A stretch of 63,283 bases of DNA, counting the filler, from Octopus bimaculoides (taxonomy: Eukaryota), in the NCBI RefSeq assembly GCF_001194135.2. It is 5 parts of 4 records of this genome, joined end to end, with 100 filler letters (N's around TTAATTAATTAA, not from the genome) between each part and the next. Parts side by side here need not be neighbours in the genome. Positions count along the whole stretch, not along the records: positions 25,682 to 48,093 come from NC_068987.1; 4 more parts are not named here. The stretch is one strand, 5' to 3'. The first letter of the stretch is position 1, and each line of letters starts with the position of its first letter. The notes beneath the pieces are model-generated. The model did not search any database. It was not told the origin of the DNA and saw nothing but the letters and a program-made list of their open reading frames with translations. Position numbers and translations under genes: made by a program. Below, piece by piece: positions 30,271 through 43,074 of the stretch.

Positions 30271-30524
30271 ATAATAAAGATTTCTTTTATTCGCCACAGG
30301 GGTATAGACGAGGATGACATCACAATGACAGCCTACAATTTGTGTAAGGGTTTGCATAAAAGATAAGAGGAGAGAAAGAGAGAGGAAATAAGAAGCTGCA
30401 ATATGCCCACAGTTTGTTTTTCTCATTTGCCATTTAGAATTCTAATGTAAATTAATTAATTATATTTTTATTATTTATTTGTGTTATCTATTTTATTTAA
30501 TCCTTTCTTTCTTTCTATTTACAG

Positions 30525-31140
30525 GAGTATAATGCCCGCAACCTTCGATGGTCAGATTACTATTGAGAAGACACCCAGTTATTTCGTGACAAAAGAAGTT
30601 CCGCGTCGAATATTTAATATGTCCAGGGATATCAAATTAATCGTTGTCATTCGTGACCCCGTCACACGTGCGATCTCGGACTATACGCAGACAGTTAGCA
30701 AACGGTTGCAGACGAAAACATTCGAACAGATGGCATTCATGAATAACACGCGTATTGTCGACACGTCATGGGGTGCTATCAAGATTGGTGTGTACGCAAA
30801 ACACACCGCCCAGTGGTTACAATATTTCAATTTATCTCAGATACATTTCGTTCACGGTGAACGGCTCATATCAGATCCTGCCGGAGAAATGGCAAAGCTT
30901 CAAGACTTTCTGGGTCTTGAACGAATTATTAATGAAAAACATTTTTACTTTAATGAAACCAAAGGATTTCCTTGTCTCAAAAAACATGGTGGAAGTGGTC
31001 ACCCGCATTGTTTGGGTAAGACAAAGGGAAGAACTCATCCCAATATATCAGAACAAGTTTTGCAACGATTGCGAGATTTCTATAGACCGTTTAATACGAA
31101 ATTCTTTCAACTAATCCGTAAAGACTTTCATTGGCCCTAA
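30525..31140 (+). CDS. HS3ST: Terminal coding exon of heparan sulfate glucosamine 3-O-sulfotransferase (HS3ST2/3/4/6-like, Drosophila Hs3st-B-like group)
   Basis: Translation (R)[20 protein letters not shown]...[19 protein letters not shown]...[14 protein letters not shown]...[13 protein letters not shown]...FDWP-like end (FHWP*). It contains the 3'-PAPS-binding RDPxxRAISDY motif, the C-terminal Cys pair and the KGRxHP motif. A polypyrimidine tract plus acag acceptor ends at 30524 (phase 2), at the conserved WYR|xxMP intron position. Stop TAA at 31138-31140. The upstream part of the listed ORF (30481-30524) is intron. Confidence 0.96.
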
Positions 31141-32511
31141 CGTATAACCAGCCGGAAAGGCAAATATAGACAAGGTTTATTATATATATAAATAGGCGAC
31201 GATTATCTGCCATTCATATGTCCAGTATTCAGCTCCCTCTTTCATTGCCCGTCTCTCTCTCTCCGCGCTCGCGCACGTACACACGAACGCATATACACAC
31301 GCACACGCACACACATCAACACATACACCACATCACACACGTACACAGGCATATATATGTGTATATGTGTCTGTCTATCTATATGTATGTGTATGTTATG
31401 AATACATATATGTCTGTATGTATATATATGTATATATATATATANNNNNNNNNNNNNNNNNNNNNNNNNNNNNNNNNNNNNNNNNNNNNNNNNNNNNNNN
31501 NNNNNNNNNNNNNNNNNNNNNNNNNNNNNNNNNNNNNNNNNNNNNNNNNNNNNNNNNNNNNNNNNNNNNNNNNNNNNNNNNNNNNNNNNNNNNNNNNNNN
31601 NNNNNNNNNNNNNNNNNNNNNNNNNNNNNNNNNNNNNNNNNNNNNNNNNNNNNNNNNNNNNNNNNNNNNNNNNNNNNNNNNNNNNNNNNNNNNNNNNNNN
31701 NNNNNNNNNNNNNNNNNNNNNCAGCTACCCCCGTTTTAACACCGGCGTTTCGAAGAGCTGGGCAGGACGCATCGCTAAAACGGCTCTTCCCATGGACTGC
31801 AAATTAAATTTGTATACACAAATTAAACCTTGCCATGGAGGAATGTAGTGGCGGACAAAAAACAAGACAGGAAAACAAACAGAAAAGGCTATACGGCCAG
31901 ACGGGAAAAATTATGTGTATATACAAACATACATACATACATACATAAACACACATATACACACACACGTGACATGCAGACGATGGGAAAGGTAAGAGAA
32001 AATGCAAAATACAAACGCAAACAAAAGATAGTCGGAAGTTATATGGGTATTCCTAAGTATTTGTATGCTCATGACGTCATAATAGATGACACTATGTTAG
32101 TCTAAAAATAGCAACTTACACACACACACACATTTATTATCAATTTTTTTTTCAGTCAGTGTGATCGTTCATTTTGTTGCTGTTTCGTCCACAGCCAGTC
32201 AGAGTGAGCTGATCTTTGAACAAATATATCCCACCTCTGAACAATTCCCATTATTTCCAACACTGTAGTATACGCCATATCTAACTTTTTTTTTTTTTAA
32301 AAAAAGGGATACTAAAGTGTGACATGAAGGAGAGATTTGCTTCTATGAGATTTAGTCTTAAGATAGCAATTCCTACACCCAGACACACAAACACACGCAC
32401 ACACACACTAACACAAATACAATCTCAAATACTCAAAGACAATCTCATCGCTTTTACTAAATTTCACACACGCACGCATGTATATANNNNNNNNNNNNNN
32501 NNNNNNNNNNN

Positions 32512-32542
<31 letters not shown>

Positions 32543-32848
32543 ACGCGGCGGGCTTTCCCACAGTTTCCTTCTACCAAATTAACTGGCAAGGTATTGCCCG
32601 ACAAGCACTCACTTGCCCAAGGTGTCACGCTATAAGACTGAACCCAAAACCACGATGCTGCAAAGCGAACATATTAGCCATGCAGTCATGCTTTCGTGTG
32701 TTATGATTATTCTTATGTATCTGTAAATCGACGAGATAATCACGGTCAGATTTGTTTTGATCATAAAAATGTTTGATCTAGGGCTTGACCATGGCTAGAC
32801 AACAACAACAATAATAATAACAGCAAAATATCAATATTACGTGAAGCT

Positions 32849-33290
32849 TAAGGCGGCGAGCTGGCAGAAAGGTTAGCACGCCGGGCGAAATGCTTAGCGG
32901 TATTTCGTCTGTCTTTACGTTCAGTGTTCAAATTACGCCGAGATCAACTTTGCCTTTCATCCTTTCGGCGTGGATAAATTAAGTACCAGTTACGCACTGG
33001 GGTCGATCTAATCGGGTGGTCCCCTCCCCAAAAGTTTCGAGCCTTGTGCCGAGAGTAGAAAAGAATATTTCCAGTAAAGGCAGCGAGGTGGCAGAAACGT
33101 TAGCACGCCGGAACAAATGCTTAATTGTATTTCGTCAGTCTTTACGTTCTGAGTTCAAATTACGCCAAGGTCAGCTTTGCTTTTTATCCTTCCTAGGTCG
33201 ATAAAATAAGTACCAGTTGATTACTGAGGTCGATGTAACCGACTTAGCCCCTCGGCCGAAATTGCTGGCCTCATGCCAAAATTTGAAACC
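32849..33290 (+). mobile_element. Two head-to-tail SINE family B copies (about 32849-33066 and 33076-33290)
   Basis: Two consecutive full head-body-tail units about 10 bp apart. Confidence 0.85.
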
Positions 33291-33799
33291 AAATTCTTCT
33301 TGAGAGACTAATGCAATGACGCATGATCATACAGACACAAACATATTGGTGCTGCAGCAGTGCACCTCTGCTTCAAATCTAATGCAGATCAATATTGCCA
33401 ATAGACTGTGCATACACTAAGCACACTCCATTTGTAACAATGATAAAATTGCTGTTGCAACATATGCAATGTATGTTACATACACTCACACACACATACG
33501 CACACACATACACGTGTTTGTGTGTGTGTGTGTTGTGCGAATAAATGAGAAAGAGACGAAGAAAGAGGGACTCATATATGATTAAAGCAGTATATATTAA
33601 TATAATATAAAATATATTAACAATATATAAACACTTATGGGCGCAGCGCATATAATAACATGAAGAATTGCTCATACATACAGGCAAACAGTCAGACATA
33701 AAAACAAGCGTCTATATATATATATATACATACATACACAAATATATGGATCCGTACAGACAAAGATGCATGCCTACATATATTCTGCATGTATGTATG

Positions 33800-33849
<50 letters not shown>

Positions 33850-33959
33850 NNNNNNNNNNNNNNNNNNNNNNNNNNNNNNNNNNNNNNNNNNNNNNNNNNN
33901 NNNNNNNNNNNNNNNNNNNNNNNNNNNNNNNNNNNNNNNNNNNNNNNNNNNNNNNNNNN

Positions 33960-34010
<51 letters not shown>

Positions 34011-34952
34011 CATACGTATATATATATATATATATATGCATACACAATCACATATAAATACATATACATATATGTACGTATGTATGTATATATGCGTAGC
34101 GTACACACATGATCGCATACTTATATACATTCATGTTACTTCATGTATACGTACGTGCAAATGTGAGATGATAGCGTTCGTGCGCATACAAACATACATA
34201 CATATACATATATATTTATCCATACCCATACATACACATACGAAATAAATTTTGCTGAGCTGAAATTAAACTTCCCTTTGCTTTGTCCTCTTTTAAGGAA
34301 GAAATTGAAATGAAGAAATTTTTCCACTGGAATTTCTGTTGAATATTATTGACTTGCAGTCATCAAACAATTCCGTTTATTTATTTCCTTTTGTTTAGGA
34401 ACAAAGAATTCAAAGGAGAAGAATTTATAGTCTATTCTCTTTTATATTCCACTTGCCAATATTTTCGGAAAATTAAAATTTGACCTCCTCCCAAATTGGG
34501 AAAATTCAACGCCAGCCTGCCAAATTTTGGAACATATATTTTTTAAGACAGAAGAGAAAGATAAAAGAAAAAAAAAGAAGAAAAATATATAATTATAACC
34601 GTTATTGTTTCTATTATTTATGCTTTAATATATTGTCTTATGTAGCTATGCACATTATCTTTTATTGTTATGTATATTTATGTATGTGTTGATATATATG
34701 TATGTATATGTGTATATATATACATATATGTCATACATATAAAAAAATATATATATATACATAAATATATATATATATGTATATATACATATATACATAC
34801 ATATGTATAAAATATATATCTATATATCTATATAAATATATGTACACATATATATATGTGTATGTGTATACATATGCACACACACTTATATATATACATG
34901 TATATATAAATATCATATATATATATACATATATATATATAAATATCAAATA

Positions 34953-35031
<79 letters not shown>

Positions 35032-36934
35032 TATGTATATGTGTGTGAATGTCTATGTCTATGTCTGCGAAGTTTTACTTTTTCTGTTGTTGTATATATT
35101 TGTCGACATGCGCAGAAGTCGCATCCTGTACCAAGCTTTCTCATTCTCAGACATCACCTCTGACACCGTTTCGGTGTAATCTATACAACCACAAATTTCA
35201 ATAGATCCTCTGGTGTGAACTAGATACACACACACGCACACACACACACACACACACAAACACACACAAACACACACACACACACACACACATTAGTTTC
35301 TGTGAGAAAAAAGTCTCACTACATTAAATATGCTAAACCTTATCTTAACACATTAAATATGTTAAATCCTTATCCTTACATATTTGTCTAAAACTTCCCT
35401 GCCCAAATGAAGAGCTGATTTGTTGGAGACTATTTGGTAATACACTGGATAAGGCTTGAGTTAATTTCAACCAGTTTTGGGCGAAATGTTTTTGAGTGCG
35501 CGCATCTGTGTATACGTGTGTGTGAGAGTGTCGTGTATCTGTGTATGTGTGCGCCGAGAGGGAGAGATAGAAAGAGAAATAATGAGTGTATGTGTGTGGT
35601 AGAGAGAGAGAAAAGTGAGAGAGTCTATGAGTGTGTTTGGCTATCTGGATTCAAAGTATTGCTTTTTTGTTAAATAAAGTAGCTTTATTTCTCAACTTGG
35701 GGCAACTGAATATATTTCTTGTATGTCTTCCGGAAATGCATAAACTGCATCACACCCTCCCAGTTTGCTACTCTTCTAACTCTGACTTCCACTCATAGTA
35801 AGAAGCGAAACAGAAAAAGTAATCATCAGTATTGTTTGTTGTTTTACTCCAGTCCAGCTTGAATGAGCAGACTTTTGTCCAAAGATGTCCTAGCTTTGAG
35901 CAACCTGTTTATTTTCAAGTCTACATTGTGCAACATGTCTGCCTGTCGTTTTAATGTAGTAAAGTGTGATATAAGCGGCGAGCTGGCCGAATCGTTAGCA
36001 CGTCGAACAAAATGCTTAGCGGCATCCCTTCCGGCTCTTTACGCCCTTAGTTCAAATCCTATGAGATGAACTTTGACTTTGCTCCCGTCGTTGTCGATGA
36101 AATAAAGTACCAATCAGGTTCTGTGATCGATGTAATCAATTTGTCCCCTCCCTACAAAATTGCTGGCCTTGAGCCATGCATTGGACCAGTGCCAGGGATA
36201 CAATGTGACCACTGCCAATTATACGCCATGGAATCCAGGAGACTGGCCTTATAAATCCTAGGGCTTACAAAAATAAAGACAAGAGGGGTGATACAAGGGA
36301 GATTTTGGCTGCTATTTGTGGCTGATCGAGTGACTACTTTAAGTAACTGTTCTCATCAAGGAATCCGAGGACCTTTATGTCCACAATGGTAGTACTGGGA
36401 TTTCGTGATCTGCACACACATTTAAAAGGATTCCCTTTAAAATGTATAATTTACATATTTCCGTATAATTATTTAGTTACATATATTTTGAAACTGAGAG
36501 AAAAAGGGCAGGAAAAGGTTGTTGTTAATAAAATCGGATTATTGAGTAGGCAGAACTTTCGAAAATCTGTGGCCTATGGAAAATTCCTTCAAATAAAAGG
36601 GGTTTTGGCAGTGAGAAGATTGGAAACTCTATCTCAGAGTCCTCGCACTATGTGATTTCATTAGCAGATGGATATTTCACGTAAAAGTATTGAATTCTCA
36701 GGCCTCACGCAAAATTTAAATCGTGAACGTCTTAACCATATATGTTTTATTTCACTTCATGTCTTACTCAAAGATGGAAGACTAGTGTCCATAACCGGTT
36801 TCTTTAACATCGGTAAGTAAAAAGCAGGGAAGAAAGTTAAATTTTTTTGGTCAATTTTGTTCTTCATTAGCATTAGAAACGATTCTCCTCAGTCTGTCTG
36901 TCTGTCTGTCTCTCTCTCTCTGCGCTGTGAGAGG

Positions 36935-37140
36935 GCACCACTTGCAGCGTTCATTTAGGGGAGGGGAAAATCGATTACGCCAATCTAAGTACTTGACTGA
37001 TACTTTATTTTATCGTCTCTGAAAGGATAAAAAGCAAAGTCGACCACGGCGCTCTTTGAACGTAGAATGCAAAGAACCAGAAAAAATGCTGCTAAGTATT
37101 TGCTCTGGTGCTGTAACGATTCTGCCAGCTCGCCGCCTTA
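36935..37140 (-). mobile_element. SINE family B, diverged
   Basis: ..aaaggataaaaagcaaagtcgaccacggcg..ctgccagctcgccgcctta. Confidence 0.75.
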
Positions 37141-37184
37141 ACGGCAACTCGTAAGAGTGATTTCAACTGACTACAAAACTGTTG

Positions 37185-37620
37185 CCTAGTACCAAATCAG
37201 AAATCAGTATTGAAACTCATCAATATAGTCAAATTTTTGAAGGCATTTTCGCTGATTTTAATTTCCTTTACAGGTTCGTCCATTGTCTAACCAATTATAT
37301 TAATGCATTATTTTTTAGAACTTTGTCAAATCTAAAAATCAATATTGCAGGTATTATTATTGAATAGTGTAAGAATTATTTTAGGTTTTCTGTCTGAAAT
37401 TTAATTACCATTTTGGGTCTAACTCATTTGATTAATTAGTTAGAGATCATTTCTTGAGATTGTGTCAAATTTCAAAATCCATATTGTAGGTATCACTAAT
37501 AAAATAGTGATTTTTCGATACTCTGTTCGGATTTTCTTTTCCATTTTCTTTCCAACTAATCAGTCGTCCAATCAATAATAGATCATTCTTACATATTCAA
37601 ATTCCATAATTAATACATTA
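37185..37620. repeat. Decayed tandem repeat with period about 135-140 bp
   Basis: Recurrent caaat..aaaatc.atattg.agg.at..t.at..aatagt at about 37190, 37324 and 37463. Confidence 0.5.
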
Positions 37621-37633
37621 TTTATATTATTTT

Positions 37634-37830
37634 CATTTGACAGATATTTGTCCTCATCTTGTTTGTTGTTAAAACAACGTTTCGGCTGATATACCCTCCA
37701 ACCTTCATCAAGACACCTGATGAGGGTATATCAGCCGAAACGTTGTTTTAACAACAAACAAGATGAGGACAAATATCCGTCAAATGTAAATAGTGTACAT
37801 AATTCCTCATCTCTTAAATATAGAACCCCA
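37634..37830. mobile_element. Penelope-like pLTR-type repeat with inverted (fold-back) duplication carrying two damaged hammerhead motifs
   Basis: 65-bp arms at 37634-37698 and 37722-37786 with 1 mismatch. The right arm continues as the same repeat seen at 42445-42575 (ccgaaacgttg..aacaacaaacaagatgaggacaaatatccgtcaaatgtaaata..cataattcctcatctc..aaatatagaac). Confidence 0.65.
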
Positions 37831-38499
37831 TAATTAATATATATATTTATGTTACTGTAAGTGTTCATGTGTGTGCATGTGTATACAAATGCAACCACAT
37901 AGTCGCCGAACAATGGGGAGAGAATACCACACGAATACCACACGAATACCAAAGGCAGACTAAAATAGTATTTTATTGGAACTGAGTGTTACCTCAGAGT
38001 TTCACGTAACCGATCATCAAACAGCTGAAAATATTTAGACTGTCTGATAATCGCTAACGTGAAAGTCTGAATAACAGTTGGTGAAACCTATATATATATA
38101 TAATAGTAAACAGTTTCAATGAGCTGAAGAAGAATCTATATGATTTCCTGACATGGTTTGAAATTTACCTCGAAATCTAGTAGTATTCTAAAAAAAAAAT
38201 GACCAGTCATATTAGTCGATGTATATTTAAATATTCAAAATCCAGCGTGGTAAGCCATTTTCAGCATGGACAGAGCACTTTTAACTGTTTGTGAAAAAGG
38301 ATAGGGCTGACCAGGATCTAAAAATCAAAATGAAGGAAATATCCTTGTCGCTAAACGCTACTGTGATACCTATACATACATACATACATACATACATACA
38401 TACATACATACATACATACATANNNNNNNNNNNNNNNNNNNNNNNNNNNNNNNNNNNNNNNNNNNNNNNNNNNNNNNNNNNNNNNNNNNNNNNNNNNNN

Positions 38500-38541
<42 letters not shown>

Positions 38542-38884
38542 ATATGTGACAATTAGTTGGTTTTCATAATAAACTCAGAGTTTCGGATGCCGGGGATGAA
38601 GTCTGAGTTCAAATTCCGCCGAGGTCAATTCCGCCGAGGTCGATTTTGCCTTTCATCCTTTCAGGGGTCGATAAATTAAGTACCCGTTGCGTATTGGGGT
38701 TGATCTAATCCACTGGCCTCCTCCCTCAAAATTTCGTGCCGTGTAACTAAAGAAGAAAACAATTTTGCTTCCATTTCATGCCGAGTCTCTTCTCAACACC
38801 CAGGGCAAAGAAATTCACAGTATACATTGGTATGTCATCAACATAAACACACCAGTATACATTGGTAGGTCATCAACATAAACA

Positions 38885-38999
<115 letters not shown>

Positions 39000-39648
39000 N
39001 NNNNNNNNNNNNNNNNNNNNNNNNNNNNNNNNNNNNNNNNNNNNNNNNNNNNNNNNNNNNNNNNNNNNNNNNNNNNNNNNNNNNNNNNNNNNNNNNNNNN
39101 NNNNNNNNNNNNNNNNNNNNNNNNNNNNNNNNNNNNNNNNNNNNNNNNNNNNNNNNNNNNNNNNNNNNNNNNNNNNNNNNNNNNNNNNNNNNNNNNNNNN
39201 NNNNNNNNNNNNNNNNNNNNNNNNNNNNNNNNNNNNNNNNNNNNNNNNNNNNNNNNNNNNTATATATATATTTATAAGCTATATGCATATATATATATAA
39301 TATACTTAACTGTATGCACACAATCATATACTCGTGATTTACAATGCAATATAATTCTTTCTTGTCTTTTATTATTATTCTTATTATTTCCTTTTTTTTA
39401 TTTGGTTTAGTAACATTATAAACGTCATCTGGGAGTTATTTTACTAGTGTATGCAAATATATAGTAAATTAAATTAGAGATGTTTAGCCATAGGGTATTT
39501 CACAATAGAAAACAACAACCAGCAAGTAACAGCCCAAAGGGGAAAGATAAAGTGAACAAGAAATATTGAGAGAAAGAGAAATAGCAAGCGAATGCATTTG
39601 GTGAATGAAAGATGGAGAAAAAGGAAAGCGAAACGCAAGGGATGTATG

Positions 39649-39736
<88 letters not shown>

Positions 39737-39931
39737 GGATATAAAAATGAAAAACAAATGCGAATACAAGAAAGTTCCGAGGAAAGAAAAGGCTTTCTCA
39801 TAAATCGTTCAGAGATATTGTTAATGACTCCTACATGCTTAATGTAATTTAGTTTTTGTTTATTTGGTTTATTTTATATATATTTATTATCAATACTATC
39901 ATTGTATTGTTATTTTTATCATTACTGTTAC

Positions 39932-40031
<100 letters not shown>

Positions 40032-40233
40032 GTTATTATTATTATTATCAACTTTGAAGGTTATGGGAGGCGTGATTATTGCTAGTTTGGAATTATTATT
40101 TACTCTGCTAATTTCACAGTATATTTACTATACCCGACCATAATTAGAGCTTTGGGATTAACGAATGGGTTGTTCAGCGAACAATTTACTACTAATTTTA
40201 TGACTAAAGATCAGGCAAATACCTAACATTTAT

Positions 40234-40273
<40 letters not shown>

Positions 40274-40736
40274 GAAGAAGAAGAAGAAGAATGAAAATGG
40301 AAACTCTGTTGAATAGTCATATTAGCGATAAAAACTTTTGATAGATTCCTCATGTGTCTCCTTGTTAGATTGCTTCTCGAACAACTCCAGGCAAGTCAAC
40401 TAGATTCAGTGGGAGACACATATGTAATCGTTCATCGTTGATAGAATTTATCCAGCTCCGCTTCATCAAAACAAGTTATTATATCGATGTTGTTGTTATT
40501 ATAGGTTCTAACAAACACGATCAAGCTTCCCTGACAGGTTATAATCTGGACTTTGCTGAAACTTGCGATGGTTTACATCAGTATCAGTTAGTATCAGTCT
40601 GTTATGGGGTTCATAAAATTTTCAATAAATTCACTACTTTCTCTCTCTTTACTTTCTGGTGAAAGTAAAACACTCGAAACGTTACATTCTTCTCTCCTGG
40701 CTTCTAAGAAGCTTTCATGATATCATGATTTATATA

Positions 40737-40947
40737 AGGCGGCGAGCTGGCAGAAACGTCAGCTCGCCGGGCGAAATGCTTAGCGGTATTTCGTCTGACT
40801 TTACGTTCTGAGTTTAAATTCCACCGAGGTCAACTTTGCTTTTCATCCTTTCGGGGTCGATAAATTAAGTTGCGTACTGGGGTCGATCTAATCGACTGAC
40901 CCCCTTCCCATAAATTTTGGGCCTTGTGCCTAGAGTAGAAAAGAATA
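40737..40947 (+). mobile_element. tRNA-derived SINE, family B, full length
   Basis: aaggcggcgagctggcagaaacg...cgaaatgcttagcggtatttcgtc..gttctgagtt.aaattcc (B-box)...gaggtcaactttgc.tttcatcctttcggggtcgataaattaag..ctggggtcgatctaatcgact..gggccttgtgcctagagtagaaaagaat. Confidence 0.85.
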
Positions 40948-42066
40948 TCATGGTTTAGATCAGTGCAGTAACACTTTATGTAGAATTGTATATCGATTTT
41001 ATTTGATTGTCGAGTAAAGAAAAGCATTTTACCTCGCTTTATCGATGCTGTCTAATCATTGTCTTTACGTGTCATGGCTACAAGCGCTGGCGATCAGGAA
41101 CCGCCACTCCTATTTAATACACAACTTAGCAGGTATTAAGTTAATCTTTCTGTATTCAACTGGTAANNNNNNNNNNNNNNNNNNNNNNNNNNNNNNNNNN
41201 NNNNNNNNNNNNNNNNNNNNNNNNNNNNNNNNNNNNNNNNNNNNNNNNNNNNNNNNNNNNNNNNNNNNNNNNNNNNNNNNNNNNNNNNNNNNNNNNNNNN
41301 NNNNNNNNNNNNNNNNNNNNNNNNNNNNNNNNNNNNNNNNNNNNNNNNNNNNNNNNNNNNNNNNNNNNNNNNNNNNNNNNNNNNNNNNNNNNNNNNNNNN
41401 NNNNNNNNNNNNNNNNNNNNNNNNNNNNNNNNNNNNNNNNNNNNNNNNNNNNNNNNNNNNNNNNNNNNNNNNNNNNNNNNNNNNNNNNNNNNNNNNNNNN
41501 NNNNNNNNNNNNNNNNNNNNNNNNNNNNNNNNNNNNNNNNNNNNNNNNNNNNNNNNNNNNNNNNNNNNNNATATATATATATATATATATACATGTCTGT
41601 GTGAGTGTGTATGTGTGTGTTTGTGTGTGTGTGTGCGCATGTATGTGTGTGTATGTGTATTTTCAAACGCTGATTACGTAAAATATTTCCATAACAAAGA
41701 AATATCTCACAGAAATTGTATTTTCTCTAAATCTGCTTCCTGTCTTGAGTGAGAGAAAAATAGAAGTGAAATGCGTACAGAATAACCTCTGTAGAAGTGA
41801 AGGGTTTAACAAAACCGGAAGCATCAGTGTAAAGTGGGAACAGTGCCATCTTTTGCTACAGGTTATAGCGACCAAAAAATGGCGGAATCATCACAAGAAT
41901 GAAAAATAAATGGTTTAAAACATATTTCGATTAAAACTATAGCAAAACTACTACACCATATGTCCACGGGCATATGGCATAATGGTTAAGAACGCAGTTA
42001 CTAATCCCAATATTCCGAGTTTGATTCCAGGCAGTGACCTGACTAATAATAATAATAATAATAATA

Positions 42067-42098
<32 letters not shown>

Positions 42099-42104
42099 GA
42101 TTCT

Positions 42105-42330
42105 TATTTGAGCAGGATAGGCTACTCGACCTGAAGAAAATTCTAACTGGGCCCCATCTGCGAGGTCATGCGCTGTTTATTTTGATATGTGATCATCATG
42201 TCGTGCACATATGGCTGTGATGCATGTGCCTGGTGTACCCTTACCAGATGGGGTAGTCATGATGGGTATAATAAGTTTCGTATATTTTACCCCAGTGTCA
42301 CTTTGATGGCATGCACTGCTCTCTCACTCA

Positions 42331-42335
<5 letters not shown>
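42105..42335 (+). mobile_element. Retroposon family C, 3' end with (AAT)n tail
   Basis: Ends ..gcactgctctctcactc followed by (AAT)n to about 42397. Confidence 0.7.
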
Positions 42336-42399
<64 letters not shown>

Positions 42400-42419
42400 T
42401 CGGAAAAATAACTTAAGAC

Positions 42420-42575
42420 TGAGAACCCAGGTTTGAAATTCCACCAGGACACCTGATGAAGGCTGGAGAGTACATCGGCCGAAACGTTGTGTTAACAACA
42501 AACAAGATGAGGACAAATATCCGTCAAATGTAAATAATGTGCATAATTCCTCATCTCTCAAATATAGAACTGTAT
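42420..42575 (+). mobile_element. Penelope-like pLTR-type short repeat (hammerhead-bearing)
   Basis: Shares about 110 bp at high identity with 37715-37830 and carries the hammerhead motif. Assignment to Penelope-like elements is inferred from the hammerhead architecture and the inverted partner structure. Confidence 0.55.
42448..42493 (+). ncRNA. Minimal type I hammerhead ribozyme motif inside a Penelope-like pLTR-type repeat
   Basis: GACAC-CTGATGA-A-GGCTG(gagagtacat)CGGCC-GAAA-CG-TT-GTGTT. Stem I is GACAC/GTGTT, the core is intact, stem II is 5 bp, stem III is the palindromic ACGT, and the cleavage triplet is GUU. Confidence 0.7.
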
Positions 42576-43074
42576 TATAACAAAGCAAACCTAAAACAAA
42601 AGAAAAATTACATGATACTAAGGATAGATATCAACAATATGGTTGAAGGACAAAATTAAAAATTGTTTTATCAGATGTGATAATGTGAGCTTCACTATCT
42701 AATATCTCGGCATATGTGACCACTTCATGGTTGAAGTTGATTCTCTATTATCTGTCTATTTCTGCGTATCCAGAAAGCTTCAGTGTTATTGGTCATACTG
42801 CACTACCACAGAAATGTCTCAAAGGATCTACAGTTCCGTAGATATAACCAAGATTGGTTAAATTATTGTCGCTTCGTCACTAATCAGTAAAGATGATTCA
42901 TTCAGTTACATCATCAACAGTAGAAGATCACTGCTAAGATCAACGCATTAGGATTGGAAATATACTTAAATAATCCATTTTTTTTTTGCTGGTGTTATCA
43001 TAAAGCCCAAGAATTCAAAATTGCCAATTGATCCTGCCAGCATGACTTCCGTTTTTGAATATAAGATATCCGTG

